Made by a program: the position numbers and the translations under genes. A DNA stretch of 64,000 nt, from positions 224,001 through 288,000 of the forward strand of contig CAXXGJ010000002.1 in assembly GCA_963677895.2 (NCBI GenBank), read 5' to 3'. The stretch comes from Treponemataceae bacterium (GTDB lineage: Bacteria; Spirochaetota; Spirochaetia; Treponematales; Rectinemataceae). Positions 48,448 to 58,886 of the stretch are shown in pieces. Under the pieces are notes generated by a model that ran no database searches, had not been told where the DNA came from, and worked only from the letters and a program-made list of their open reading frames with translations. Numbering within the stretch: the first letter of the stretch is position 1; every line of letters starts with the position of its first letter.

Positions 48448-51400
48448 ATGAAAAACAGGCTCGCGGAGTCGGATATCGAGGAATTTGCCCTTGAACTTCT
48501 GGGAAAGCGTGGCTATTGCTGGCTTTATGGCCCTGAAATAGCTCCCGATGGGGCGGCTCCCGCCAGGGCTTCGTTCGGCGAGGTGGTCCTGACCGATCGG
48601 CTCAGGGCGGCCTTGATGCGCATCAATCCATCGATCCCGCCCGATGCCCGGGAGGCGGCTCTCAAACAGCTTGTCAACCTCCACGCTCCCGATCTCGTGG
48701 CGGGCAACGAAACCTTTCATCGCCAGCTCACGGAAAACGTGAAAGTCAATTACCGGAAGGATGGCGATGTCAAGGGAGACTATGTCCAGGCCATCGATTT
48801 CGACCATCCCGAAAGGAACGAATTCCTTGCCGTCAACCAATTCACGGTGATCGAGGGCCGCGCCAACAAGCGACCCGATATTGTCCTTTTCGTGAACGGT
48901 ATTCCCCTTGTTGTCATCGAGTTGAAGAACCCCGCCGACGAAAACGCCACTGTCCATAGCGCTTTCAAACAGTGCAAAACCTACCTGCAAGAAATTCCCT
49001 CGCTCTTCACCTCGAATGGCTTTCTCGTCATCTCGGACGGACTCGATGCCCGCGCGGGAACGATCTCCTCCGATTTCGGACGCTTCATGGTCTGGAAGAC
49101 TTCCGATGGAGCGACCGAGGCGCCCGGGAACGCCAGCCAGCTCGAAACGCTTATCGCGGGGATGCTCGCGCCCGCGACCCTCCTGGATCTCGTTCGTCAC
49201 TTTATCGTCTTCGAGAAAGATAAAAAGGAAGACGCGAAGTCGAAGCAGGTCTTCATTGTGACTACCAAGAAAATGGCCGCCTATCACCAGTATCACGCGG
49301 TCAACCGCGCCGTGGCTTCGACCCTTCGTGCTTCGGGCTATGCCGCGAGGCGGACAAGCGTGGCAGCGGGACTTATAGTCCCTGAATCGCCAGAAGCCTA
49401 CGGACTTCCCGGCGTGAAAAGCCAACCGGCCGGCGATCGCAAGGGCGGCGTGGTCTGGCACACCCAGGGTTCGGGGAAATCCCTTTCGATGGTATTCTTC
49501 GCGGGCAAGATAATCCTCGCCATGGAAAATCCCACCCTCGTGGCGATAACCGACCGCAACGATCTTGACGACCAGCTCTTCGACACCTTCGCCGCCTGCC
49601 GCCAGCTTTTACGCCAGGAGCCCGTCCAGGCGGAAAGTCGGGAACACCTGAAGCGCCTCCTCCAGGTGGTTTCAGGCGGGATTGTCTTTACCACTATGCA
49701 GAAGTTCCAGCCCGAAGAGGGCAATGTCCTCCAAACCCTCTCCGACCGGGACAATATTGTCGTCATCGCCGATGAGGCCCACCGCAGCCAGTACGGATTC
49801 AAGGCCAAGACCATCGACGAAAAGGACGACGGGAAGCGCGTGATCGGCAAACGGACTGTCTACGGTTTCGCCAAATACCTGCGCGACGCCCTCCCCCTGG
49901 CAACCTACCTTGGATTCACCGGAACCCCAATCGAGAAAGCGGATGTCAACACGCCGGCTGTTTTCGGCAACTATGTGGACGTCTACGATATCGCCCAAGC
50001 CGTGGACGACCACGCGACCGTCCGGATCTACTATGAGAGCCGCCTCGCCAAAATCGCCTTGAGCGACGAGGGCAGAAAGCTTGTCGAGGATTTGGACGAA
50101 GACCTTGAAGAAGACGACCTGAGCGATTCGCGGCAGGCCAAGGCGAAGTGGACGCAACTCGAGGCGCTCATCGGAAGCCGGGACCGCATCCAGCGTATCG
50201 CCGCCGATATTGTCTGGCACTTTGAAAGGCGCATAGCGGCTATCGATGGCAAGGGTATGATCGTCGCCATGTCGCGGCGCATCGCGGCCGAACTCTACGC
50301 CGAAATCATCGCGCTGCGGCCCGGGTGGCACGATCCCGACCTGCGCAAGGGCGTCGTCAAAATCGTCATGACATCGGCCTCTTCCGATGGACCTGAAATT
50401 TCCGCGCATCATACGACCAAGAAGGAAAGGCGCGTGCTTTCCGACCGGATGAAGGATCCTGATGACCCGTTGAAACTCGTCATAGTCCGCGACATGTGGC
50501 TTACTGGCTTCGATGTCCCCTGTCTGCATACGATGTACATCGACAAGCCCATGAAGGGCCATACGCTCATGCAAGCCATCGCGAGGGTCAACCGTGTCTA
50601 CAAGGACAAGAAAGGCGGGCTTGTTGTCGACTACCTCGGCATAGCCTCCGACCTCAAGGAAGCCCTCTCCTTCTACTCGGATTCGGGCGGGAAGGGCGAC
50701 CCCGCCGCCACCCAGGAAGAGGCAGTCCGTCTCATGGAGGAAAAACTCGAAGTCGTCGCGGCGATGTTCCACGGCTTCCCCTATCGGGACTATTTCCGCG
50801 CCGGCACGGGCCGCAAGCTCTCGATTATCCTCGAGGCGGAGGAACACGTCCTGGGCCTGCCCGACGGCAAAAAGCGTTTTGTCGACGAAGTGACGGCCCT
50901 CTCGCAAGCTTATTCCATCGCCGTCCCCCACGAACGGGCCATGGAGGCGGGCGATGAAATCGCTTTCTTCCAGGCCGTGAAGGCCCGTCTTGTGAAGTTC
51001 GACCGCTCCGGAACCGGGCGGAGCGATGAGGAAATCGAAACGGCGATCCGCCAGGTCATCGATGAAGCCCTCGTGAGCGAAAAGGTCGTGGACATTTTCG
51101 ATGCCGCCGGCATCAAGAAACCCGATATCTCCATTCTCTCGGAGGATTTCCTCATGGAAGTCCGCCACATGAAGCACAAGAACATCGCCCTGGAAGTGTT
51201 GCGCAAGATAATGGGCGACGAGATATCGGCTCGTATGAGGACCAACCTGGTACAAGGAAGGAGCCTCATGGAGATGCTCGAAGCCTCCATCCGACGCTAT
51301 CACAATAAAATTGTCACCGCGGCCGAGGTGATCGAGGAGATTATCGGCTTAGGCAAGGAAATCCGGGCGATGGACGCTGAAGGCTCGGCGCTGGGCCTCA

Positions 51401-51702
51401 GCACCTACGAATACGCCTTCTATACTGCAGTCGCGGACAACGAAAGCGCCCGCGAACTCATGGGTAAGGAGAAACTCCGGGAACTCGCCGTCGTCCTTTA
51501 CCGGAAGATCAAAGACAACACCTCGATCGACTGGACGATCAAGGAAAACGTCAAGGCGAAACTCAAGGTCATCATCAAGCGGACGCTCAGACAATATGGC
51601 TATCCGCCTGACATGCAGAAGCTCGCCACCGAAACCGTGCTCAGGCAGGCCGAGATGATCGCCGATGAACTGACGAAGCCCAATTTATATTCGCATGTAT
51701 AG
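48448..51702 (+). CDS. hsdR: Type I R-M restriction subunit
   Basis: PD..IELK nuclease, WHTQGSGKS, DEAHRSQ, FTGTP, LTGFD, QAIARVNR. Confidence 0.96.
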   Translation: MKNRLAESDIEEFALELLGKRGYCWLYGPEIAPDGAAPARASFGEVVLTDRLRAALMRINPSIPPDAREAALKQLVNLHAPDLVAGNETFHRQLTENVKVNYRKDGDVKGDYVQAIDFDHPERNEFLAVNQFTVIEGRANKRPDIVLFVNGIPLVVIELKNPADENATVHSAFKQCKTYLQEIPSLFTSNGFLVISDGLDARAGTISSDFGRFMVWKTSDGATEAPGNASQLETLIAGMLAPATLLDLVRHFIVFEKDKKEDAKSKQVFIVTTKKMAAYHQYHAVNRAVASTLRASGYAARRTSVAAGLIVPESPEAYGLPGVKSQPAGDRKGGVVWHTQGSGKSLSMVFFAGKIILAMENPTLVAITDRNDLDDQLFDTFAACRQLLRQEPVQAESREHLKRLLQVVSGGIVFTTMQKFQPEEGNVLQTLSDRDNIVVIADEAHRSQYGFKAKTIDEKDDGKRVIGKRTVYGFAKYLRDALPLATYLGFTGTPIEKADVNTPAVFGNYVDVYDIAQAVDDHATVRIYYESRLAKIALSDEGRKLVEDLDEDLEEDDLSDSRQAKAKWTQLEALIGSRDRIQRIAADIVWHFERRIAAIDGKGMIVAMSRRIAAELYAEIIALRPGWHDPDLRKGVVKIVMTSASSDGPEISAHHTTKKERRVLSDRMKDPDDPLKLVIVRDMWLTGFDVPCLHTMYIDKPMKGHTLMQAIARVNRVYKDKKGGLVVDYLGIASDLKEALSFYSDSGGKGDPAATQEEAVRLMEEKLEVVAAMFHGFPYRDYFRAGTGRKLSIILEAEEHVLGLPDGKKRFVDEVTALSQAYSIAVPHERAMEAGDEIAFFQAVKARLVKFDRSGTGRSDEEIETAIRQVIDEALVSEKVVDIFDAAGIKKPDISILSEDFLMEVRHMKHKNIALEVLRKIMGDEISARMRTNLVQGRSLMEMLEASIRRYHNKIVTAAEVIEEIIGLGKEIRAMDAEGSALGLSTYEYAFYTAVADNESARELMGKEKLRELAVVLYRKIKDNTSIDWTIKENVKAKLKVIIKRTLRQYGYPPDMQKLATETVLRQAEMIADELTKPNLYSHV

Positions 51703-51751
51703 TGGATATATCCAATAGAGCGCTCATCACCGATTCTCTCAAATCTGTTCG

Positions 51752-52633
51752 CTATCGATACGCCCTTTCCAGCTCTGCGATATCGAATTTCTTCATCGCG
51801 AGGAAGGCTTCCTGAACCCTTTTGGACTTGGCCGGGTCCTTGTCGCTCATCATCTTGTCCAGAACCCTGGGCACGATCTGCCAGGAAAGCCCGAACTTGT
51901 CCTTCAGCCAGCCGCATTGCTCGGCTTCGGGATGGGCCGAAAGCTTTTCCCAGAAATAATCGATCTCTTCCTGGTTCTCGCAGAAAACCATCAGCGAGAT
52001 GGCTTCGTTGAACGAAAAGCCGTGATCGTAGGCGCTATCCATCGCCGAGAAGCGCTGCCCCTCAAGGGTGAAAGCCCCGAATTTCAACGTGCCTTCCCTG
52101 TCCGGCTTGTCATCGGGGCCATAGTGAAGAATTCCATCCACCGAGGCGCCGCTGAATACCGAGGCATAGTAGTGAATCGCCTCCTCCGCCTTTCCGCACT
52201 GTTCCCCGACGAACATGAGAACGGGCGCGATTTTTTGTGAAACGCTTTTTCCGCCATTGTACATGATCTGCCAGGATAAGCCGAATTTATCCATCAGCCA
52301 CCCATACTTTTCGCTGAAGGGATACTCGCCCAGCGACATGAGTTCGCCGCCGCCCGGGCGCAGGGCATTCCATAGCCGATCCACCTCCGCTTTCGTCTCG
52401 CAGCTGACCATGAAGGATACCGCGGGGGTGAACTTGAAAAGCGGGCCGGCCGACAGGAGCATAAATTCTTGTCCCGAAAGGACTATCTTCGCCGTCTCCA
52501 CCGTTTCCGAGGGCGTGCCCTCCATCTTTGAACTGCTTTCGATGCTCGAATCGTCAAAAAGCGAGGTATATAATTTCGCCGCCTCGAGGGCTTCGGTGTC
52601 GAACCACAAATGGGGGACTATTTTTCTCATCAT
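51752..52633 (-). CDS. VOC/PhnB-family tandem-domain protein
   Basis: IVPHLWF, FTPAVSF, YGWLMDKFGLSWQI and CGWLKDKFGLSWQI. Confidence 0.88.
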   Translation of the reverse strand: MMRKIVPHLWFDTEALEAAKLYTSLFDDSSIESSSKMEGTPSETVETAKIVLSGQEFMLLSAGPLFKFTPAVSFMVSCETKAEVDRLWNALRPGGGELMSLGEYPFSEKYGWLMDKFGLSWQIMYNGGKSVSQKIAPVLMFVGEQCGKAEEAIHYYASVFSGASVDGILHYGPDDKPDREGTLKFGAFTLEGQRFSAMDSAYDHGFSFNEAISLMVFCENQEEIDYFWEKLSAHPEAEQCGWLKDKFGLSWQIVPRVLDKMMSDKDPAKSKRVQEAFLAMKKFDIAELERAYR

Positions 52634-52726
52634 AAGCCTCCTGATCCCTATAATATGGCAAAAATTTTCCTTCCGTGGTATATAGACATTCGTAATTCAT
52701 TCCATGCTTTTCCAAAGGAAGGGTTC

Positions 52727-54157
52727 ATGACTGAGCATTACGACGTCGCCATCGTCGGCGCGGGCGTCTGCGGCGCCAACGTCGCGCGCAAACTCTCGCA
52801 GTACGAGCTGAAGGTCGCGCTCCTCGAGAAGGAGATCGACGTTTCGCTCGGGACGAGCAAGGCCAACTCGGGCATCGTCCACGGCGGTTTTCACGACAAC
52901 AAGAAATATCTGAAGGCCAGGCTCGAGCTCCAGGGGGCCCTCATGTTCGAGCGCCTCCACAACGAGCTGGACTTTCCCTTTGAACGCTGCGGCATCGTGG
53001 TCGTCGCCCTCCACGAGGACGAGATGCGCTCCATCGAGCAGCTCTACCAGCAGGGCGTCGACAACGGCGTCATAGGCATCGAGATGTGCTCGCGCGAGCG
53101 CATGCTCGAGCTCGAGCCCAAGCTCAGCCCCGACACCGTGGGCGGGCTTTACGCTCCTTCGGGCGGCATCGTCGAGCCCTATCGTTTCGTCTTCTCCCTC
53201 GTCGAAAACGCGCGCAAGAACGGCGTAACCCTGCTTACGGAGTTCGCCGTCGCCTCAGCGCGACGCGAGGGCGATCTTTGGGCGGTGAAGGCCGCCGACG
53301 GCAGGGAGGTGCGCGCCCGCTACGTCGTCAACTCGGCCGGCCTCTACGCCGACGCCGTTTCCAAAGCCTTCGGCGCCGAGGAATTCGCGATAAAGCCCCG
53401 AAAAGGCGAGTACTACCTCCTCGACAAGATGACGAAGGCGAAACCCAACCGGGTGATATTCCCAGTGCCCACCGCGGTGTCGAAGGGCATGCTCATCATT
53501 CCCACGGTCGAGGGAACGGTGTTGATAGGCCCCACCGCCACATCAATCGAGGACAAGGAAGATTTCTCCACGACGAGGAAGGAGCTCGAGGGCATCCTGC
53601 GCAGCGCCAGGACCATGGTTCCCTCCATTTCGGAGAATGACGTCATCACGAGCTTCGCCGGCCTGCGGCCCGTCTGGGGCGAGGACTTCTACATCGACCT
53701 TTCGGCTAAAGTGCCCAATCTCGTCCACGTGGCGGCCATCCAGTCGCCCGGGCTCACCGCGAGCCCCGCCATCGGCGAATACGTGAAGGACCTGCTGAAG
53801 AAAGCGGGCCTGCGTCTCGTCGAGAAATCGGACTGGGATCCCTATATGCACAAGGTGCCGCGCACGCGCGATCTTTCGCCCTACGAGCTGGACGAGCAGG
53901 CGAAGAAGGACCCCGCCTACGGCGATATCGTTTGCCGCTGCGAGCGGGTGAGCGAATCGGAGATCATCCAGGCCATACGCGCCGGGCACACGACGCTCGA
54001 CGGCATAAAGTACGTGACGCGAGCCCAGATGGGCCGCTGCCAGGGCGGATTCTGCACCTACAAGATCATCAAGATTCTCATGCGCGAGACGGGCATGAGT
54101 TATGATGAAGTGACGAAACGCGGCGGCGCGAGCGTCGTCCTGAAGGGCGAATTATGA
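52727..54157 (+). CDS. FAD-dependent oxidoreductase with C-terminal BFD-like [2Fe-2S] domain (GlpA-like)
   Basis: GAGVCG, SKANSGIVHGG, CRCE..GRCQGGFC. Confidence 0.85.
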   Translation: MTEHYDVAIVGAGVCGANVARKLSQYELKVALLEKEIDVSLGTSKANSGIVHGGFHDNKKYLKARLELQGALMFERLHNELDFPFERCGIVVVALHEDEMRSIEQLYQQGVDNGVIGIEMCSRERMLELEPKLSPDTVGGLYAPSGGIVEPYRFVFSLVENARKNGVTLLTEFAVASARREGDLWAVKAADGREVRARYVVNSAGLYADAVSKAFGAEEFAIKPRKGEYYLLDKMTKAKPNRVIFPVPTAVSKGMLIIPTVEGTVLIGPTATSIEDKEDFSTTRKELEGILRSARTMVPSISENDVITSFAGLRPVWGEDFYIDLSAKVPNLVHVAAIQSPGLTASPAIGEYVKDLLKKAGLRLVEKSDWDPYMHKVPRTRDLSPYELDEQAKKDPAYGDIVCRCERVSESEIIQAIRAGHTTLDGIKYVTRAQMGRCQGGFCTYKIIKILMRETGMSYDEVTKRGGASVVLKGEL

Positions 54158-55404
54158 AACAAATGCGATACGACACCGTCGTCATCGGCGGCGGGGCGGC
54201 GGGCATGTCAGCCGCGGCGGAGCTGAAGGCGAAGGGATATTCGGCCATCATCATCGAGCGCGAAGAGGAGTTGGGCGGCATACTCATGCAGTGCATCCAC
54301 AACGGATTCGGCCTCATCGAGTTCAACGAGGAACTCTCGGGTCCCGAGTTCGCCCAACGTGTCCAGGAAAAAGTCTCGGCTCTCGGCATACCGGCCCTCT
54401 GCGGGGCCACCGTCCTCGATCTGCGGCAGGAGGGCGACAGCCATGTCGTCTACTGCGTCTCCAAAGCCTCGGGCGTCGTCCGCGTAGAGGCGCGAGCCGT
54501 CATCCTCGCCATGGGATGCAGGGAGCGCAACCGCGGCAACATCAGGATCCCCGGCTCGCGCCCCTCGGGCGTCTTCACCGCCGGTCTCGCGCAACGTCTC
54601 GTCAATATCGAGGGCTACATTCCCGGCAAGGACGTCGTCATAATCGGGTCGGGCGACATCGGCCTCATCATGGCTCGCAGGCTCACCTGGGCCGGCTGCA
54701 AGGTCCACGCGGTAGTCGAGATCCTGCCCTATCCCAGCGGACTGACGCGCAATATCGTCCAATGTCTCAACGATTTCGGCATTCCCCTCTACCTTTCCCA
54801 CCTGACCACGGAGATCTATGGCCAGGACAGGGTCGAAGGCGTGGAAGTGACGCCCATCGAAAACGGCGCCCTAATGTTCGACAAAAGTTTTAAGATCCCC
54901 TGCGATACCGTCCTTCTGTCGGTCGGACTCGTGCCCGAAAACGAGCTCTCGAAGAACGCCGGCGTCGAGCTCAACCCCGCCACGAACGGCCCCTGGGTCG
55001 ATTCCACCCTCATGACCAGCGTGCCCGGCATCTTCGCCTGCGGCAACGTACTTCACGTGCATGACCTCGTGGATTTCGTGGCGGAGGAATCGCGCCGCGC
55101 CGGTTCCTTCGCGGCTGACTGGCTTTCCGGCAAGCGCCCGAGGAAGGAGCTCAGGATCAAGACCGGCCCGAACGTCCGCTACGTCAACCCCGCGCGCGTC
55201 GATCCCGAGCGGGAGAACAAGCTGTACATGCGCAGCATGGTCGTCAAGAACGGCGCCGTCCTCGAAGTGAAGGTGGACGGCCGGGTCGTCAAGAGCGTCA
55301 AGAAACCTCACGTCCAGCCTTCGGAAATGCTGACGGTGAGTCTGGGACCCCAGGATTTCGCCCAGGCGGGCATGGACGCCCAAGTCGAGATTTCAATCGT
55401 CTGA
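54154..55404 (+). CDS. NAD(P)/FAD-dependent oxidoreductase, partner of the GlpA-like subunit
   Basis: GGGAAG, QCIHNGFG, GSGDIG, ACGNVLHVHDLVD. Confidence 0.88.
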   Translation: MKQMRYDTVVIGGGAAGMSAAAELKAKGYSAIIIEREEELGGILMQCIHNGFGLIEFNEELSGPEFAQRVQEKVSALGIPALCGATVLDLRQEGDSHVVYCVSKASGVVRVEARAVILAMGCRERNRGNIRIPGSRPSGVFTAGLAQRLVNIEGYIPGKDVVIIGSGDIGLIMARRLTWAGCKVHAVVEILPYPSGLTRNIVQCLNDFGIPLYLSHLTTEIYGQDRVEGVEVTPIENGALMFDKSFKIPCDTVLLSVGLVPENELSKNAGVELNPATNGPWVDSTLMTSVPGIFACGNVLHVHDLVDFVAEESRRAGSFAADWLSGKRPRKELRIKTGPNVRYVNPARVDPERENKLYMRSMVVKNGAVLEVKVDGRVVKSVKKPHVQPSEMLTVSLGPQDFAQAGMDAQVEISIV

Positions 55405-55446
55405 AAGCCGCGCGCCCGCCGTCCCACGGCGGAAGCCGCGCTTGGA

Positions 55447-55854
55447 ATGGAGCACTATATGACCGAAATGATATGCATAACCTGCCCAATGGGCTGTCAT
55501 CTCAGCATCGAGCGACTTTCGGAGAATGACATAGCCGTCACCGGCAACCGCTGCGCCCGCGGCGAGCAGTACGCGAGGGAGGAAATGCTCTCTCCCCGCC
55601 GCGTCGTGACCGCGACCTGCCGGACGGCCACAGAGGCTGGCGCGGGAGTGGGCGCCGGAGCCGCTGCGAATAGCCAATACCGGCCGCGCCGCGTTCCGCT
55701 GCGCACGAGCGCGGGCTTCCCCAAGGAATGCATTCCCGAACTGCTCGCGCTCATCTATAGCCTCGAGCTGCGGCTCCCTGTGAAACGCGGTCAGGTGGCG
55801 ATCCCTGACGCTCTAGGGACGGGCGTCGATGTCATCGTGACGAGATCAATGTGA
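55447..55854 (+). CDS. DUF1667 CxxC protein (start may be 55459)
   Basis: ICITCPMGC..GNRCARG..PRRVVT. Confidence 0.85.
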   Translation: MEHYMTEMICITCPMGCHLSIERLSENDIAVTGNRCARGEQYAREEMLSPRRVVTATCRTATEAGAGVGAGAAANSQYRPRRVPLRTSAGFPKECIPELLALIYSLELRLPVKRGQVAIPDALGTGVDVIVTRSM

Positions 55855-55951
55855 CCTGTGCGCAGAAATCCAGAAGCATATATGAGAGGTGCTGTCCGCT
55901 ATCATTGACGACCCTTCTCCGCGATTATCCAGCGCTCCAGGCACGGTTCGG

Positions 55952-56743
55952 TCAGGTGTTGTATCCCATGTAATAGGAAATATTACGTCCTGTCTCGGCG
56001 AGCACGGGCAAGGCATCGTCAAGTTCCTTGACGCTCATGTAGCTGTCGAAGGCCGAAATGCTTATCGCCGCGATGATGGCACCGCTTACATCGCGCAAAG
56101 GCACGGCGTTGCAGTTATCGTTTGGGATGAACTCTTCGCGATCGTTCGACGCGCGTTCTTTTCTTACCTTGGCGAGCACTTTTTTTAAAGCTTCCGGGCT
56201 CGTGATAGTACTCGGTGTATAGGCTTTGAGACCTTTTTTCTCTATCAAGGCATCGAGTTCCTCTTCGGGCAGCTCACAGGTCAGGGACTTGCCCATGCCG
56301 GTGGCGTGGAATGGAAGGCTTTTGCCGGGGGCGAAATAGGTTCTCGGCAGGCTCATGCTGTCGATCCTGTCGATGACGATGACATCCCCCTGATAGAGCA
56401 CGCCGAGGTTGAGGTTTGCCTTGGGATATCTCTGACGGAGCATTTCGAGGAAGGGCATAACGACGCGCCGAATTTCCAGCGACATGAGGGCTTTCCTCGA
56501 TAGCGGAAGGAACTTCAGCGACACTGAAAATAGACCCGTTTTTTCATCCTTCTGGAGATAGCCGGCTTTCGTCATGGTCGCCAGCATGCGGAACGCCATA
56601 TTGGCGTTGATATCCAGCTCTCTGCACACCGCCTGAATCGTCAGGTTCTCCTCGGATTGGGCGAAGATATCAAGAATCTCGAGGCATCGTTCCACCGCTT
56701 TTATGTTGTACTTGTCGGATTTGTCTACCGTCTCGATGTCCAT
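55952..56743 (-). CDS. IclR-family transcriptional regulator
   Basis: AVERCLEIL wHTH, PFHATGMGK, AVPL..AAISIS. Confidence 0.9.
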   Translation of the reverse strand: MDIETVDKSDKYNIKAVERCLEILDIFAQSEENLTIQAVCRELDINANMAFRMLATMTKAGYLQKDEKTGLFSVSLKFLPLSRKALMSLEIRRVVMPFLEMLRQRYPKANLNLGVLYQGDVIVIDRIDSMSLPRTYFAPGKSLPFHATGMGKSLTCELPEEELDALIEKKGLKAYTPSTITSPEALKKVLAKVRKERASNDREEFIPNDNCNAVPLRDVSGAIIAAISISAFDSYMSVKELDDALPVLAETGRNISYYMGYNT

Positions 56744-56774
56744 CTGATTCCATCCTAGGCATATTTTTCACTAT

Positions 56775-57656
56775 TCAGAATTTCAGCAATTCGTGCAGGC
56801 AGTCCGAGAGTTCCTGATATTTTCCGCTCGAAAGAGCGCTTACAGGAGCCCGCGGATTGCCCGCGGCGAACCCACGAATTTGCAGTGCGGCCTTGATCAC
56901 TGTCGGAAAAGTGCCGAGGCTGAAGAGTTGACGCAGTTTCGCGAAATTCATTTGTTGCCGCAGAGCTTCATCATAATCGCCTGAAACGTATGCATTGTAA
57001 ATACCTACGGCAAGTTCCGGACATGCTGACGCCACCGACGAGATGGCTCCTTTGCCGCCGTGGATGAGTGTCGACAGAATCAGGTTATCCCGACCTGCGA
57101 GAACGGCGAAGTTCTCTTTATTGATGCGGAGGAACTCGAGCGTCATCCCCAAGTCTCCGCTTGAGTCCTTGACGCCGACGATATTGTCGATGATCGCGAG
57201 TCTGTTCATGAGTCTTGGCGTTATGATCAGACCGGTGACAGCTGGATTGTTGTAGGGAAGCACCGGAAGCGACGTCGACCTGCAGATCGCCTCATAATAG
57301 GAAAACAATTCGTCTTCGGTGGGTTTGATGAGATAGGGCGTGATGATCGAGAGAGCGTCGGCGCCTTCGGCCTCGGCCATCTGCGCGAGACGGATGGACT
57401 CAGCTGTCGACGCGGAGCCGGCGCCGAAGAAAACGGGGACCTTCCCAGCGACCACTTCGAGCGTTTTGCGAAGAACTCGCTTCTTCTCTTCCATATCGAT
57501 CGCATAGAATTCACCAGCGTTTCCGACGGCGAAGATACCATGGATTCCCGAGCGTAGAAGAAAATTGAGAATTCTTCCCAACTCCTCTTCGTTTATCGCG
57601 CCGCTAGAAGTAAAGGGCGTCGGAATTGCCGCGATGATGCCTTTAATATCTATCAT
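56775..57656 (-). CDS. DHDPS/NAL-family lyase (probable keto-deoxy sugar-acid aldolase or dehydratase)
   Basis: TPF, GNAGE, YNNP, GVKDS Schiff-base Lys; context. Confidence 0.85.
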   Translation of the reverse strand: MIDIKGIIAAIPTPFTSSGAINEEELGRILNFLLRSGIHGIFAVGNAGEFYAIDMEEKKRVLRKTLEVVAGKVPVFFGAGSASTAESIRLAQMAEAEGADALSIITPYLIKPTEDELFSYYEAICRSTSLPVLPYNNPAVTGLIITPRLMNRLAIIDNIVGVKDSSGDLGMTLEFLRINKENFAVLAGRDNLILSTLIHGGKGAISSVASACPELAVGIYNAYVSGDYDEALRQQMNFAKLRQLFSLGTFPTVIKAALQIRGFAAGNPRAPVSALSSGKYQELSDCLHELLKF

Positions 57657-57684
57657 AGTAACCTTCAGGGGTATTGATGCTCGA

Positions 57685-57713
57685 ATAGTACGATGATTTT
57701 TATAGTGTGTCAA
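57685..57713 (-). promoter_or_regulatory. sigma70 promoter for the DHDPS-family/IclR genes
   Basis: Minus strand TTGACA-17nt-TACTAT. Confidence 0.7.
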
Positions 57714-57771
57714 ATATAATTATAAAAAAACAGTATAAAACATCAAAAGCATAATATTTTTATAAATATTA

Positions 57772-57801
57772 TTGACAATATTTGATACCCGTTCCTATAA
57801 T
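57772..57801 (+). promoter_or_regulatory. sigma70 promoter for the tctCBA operon
   Basis: TTGACA-18nt-TATAAT with AT-rich upstream sequence. Confidence 0.75.
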
Positions 57802-57880
57802 TCGTCCAGTTCCATTATTGTGTTCATCAATTATGGAATGAATCTCAAACGATTCAATTGTTTGTAAAAAGGAGCGATGT

Positions 57881-58873
57881 ATGGGGAAGACTGGCCTGAT
57901 CCGAAAATTCGTTGTCCTGACGGTTCTTTTGTTCGCGGTGACAGCGCTCGCCACGGCACAGGAGATCGGCTTGCCAAAAAATATCGATGTCTATGTACCC
58001 GCGAAGGCGGGTGGCGGCACCGATGTCATGGCCCGTTCGATCGCCAACCAGATATCGAAGGTTTCCGGCAGTAACCTCGTGATACTGAACAATGTCGATG
58101 GCAACGGCGTCGTGGCCATGGAGACGATCCGGAACGCCAAGCCGGACGGAAAACAGATCATGCAGTACCATACTTCGATGCTCATTCTCTCCGCCATGGG
58201 CAAGTATAAGTACAACGTTCTGGACGACTTCACCGTTATTGCCGTGGGACGAGGTCCGGCTGTGTCAGGCTATGTGCTTCTGGTGCCTCCTGCTTCGCCG
58301 TATAACACGCTCCAGGAGTTCATTAACTACGCTAAAAAGAATCCCGGTAAGATTCTCGCAGGAGTTCAGACGGGCGCCAGTACGCACCTCATGGTGGGAA
58401 TGCTTGAGAAGGAAGCCGGGATAAAGCTCAGGACGGTGGAGGCCGGTTCCGATACGGAGAAGCTCACCGCGCTCGCCGGAAACAATATAAACGCGGCATT
58501 CGTGAACGTGAATCAGGCTAAGCAGTATCTCGAGGCCGGAAAGCTAAAGGCGCTTGGCTGCGTAACGACCGATGAAAAAGGCGCGAGGGCTGAGATACTC
58601 TCCGACGTGCCCAGTTTCGTGGAGCAGGGCATCAACGTAGTGTATGATACGTTCAGTTTCATTCTTGGCCCGAAGGGAATGGACAAACACTTGGTTGAGA
58701 CACTCAATACCTATTATCAGAAGGCCGCTGTCGAAAAATCGGTCGATGATCTGCTCGCCAAAGCCGGGCTTCAGCTCCGATTCTACGGGGTGGACGAGGG
58801 CGTAAAAATGCTGAAAGTGCATGCTGAACAGATAATCGATGCGGTCAACGCTATCGGGTTGGGCAAAAAATAA
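57881..58873 (+). CDS. tctC: Tripartite tricarboxylate transporter substrate-binding protein
   Basis: Signal peptide; VPAKAGGGTDVMAR, PDG, VPSFVEQG. Confidence 0.9.
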   Translation: MGKTGLIRKFVVLTVLLFAVTALATAQEIGLPKNIDVYVPAKAGGGTDVMARSIANQISKVSGSNLVILNNVDGNGVVAMETIRNAKPDGKQIMQYHTSMLILSAMGKYKYNVLDDFTVIAVGRGPAVSGYVLLVPPASPYNTLQEFINYAKKNPGKILAGVQTGASTHLMVGMLEKEAGIKLRTVEAGSDTEKLTALAGNNINAAFVNVNQAKQYLEAGKLKALGCVTTDEKGARAEILSDVPSFVEQGINVVYDTFSFILGPKGMDKHLVETLNTYYQKAAVEKSVDDLLAKAGLQLRFYGVDEGVKMLKVHAEQIIDAVNAIGLGKK

Positions 58874-58886
58874 CGGAATTCAATTT

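Noticed and set aside
49672..51303. Long antisense ORFs (also 18666-20174, 30331-31536, 32565-33800, 48229-49461)
   Set aside because: They mirror well-supported genes on the other strand, have no recognisable motifs and are expected from GC3 bias.
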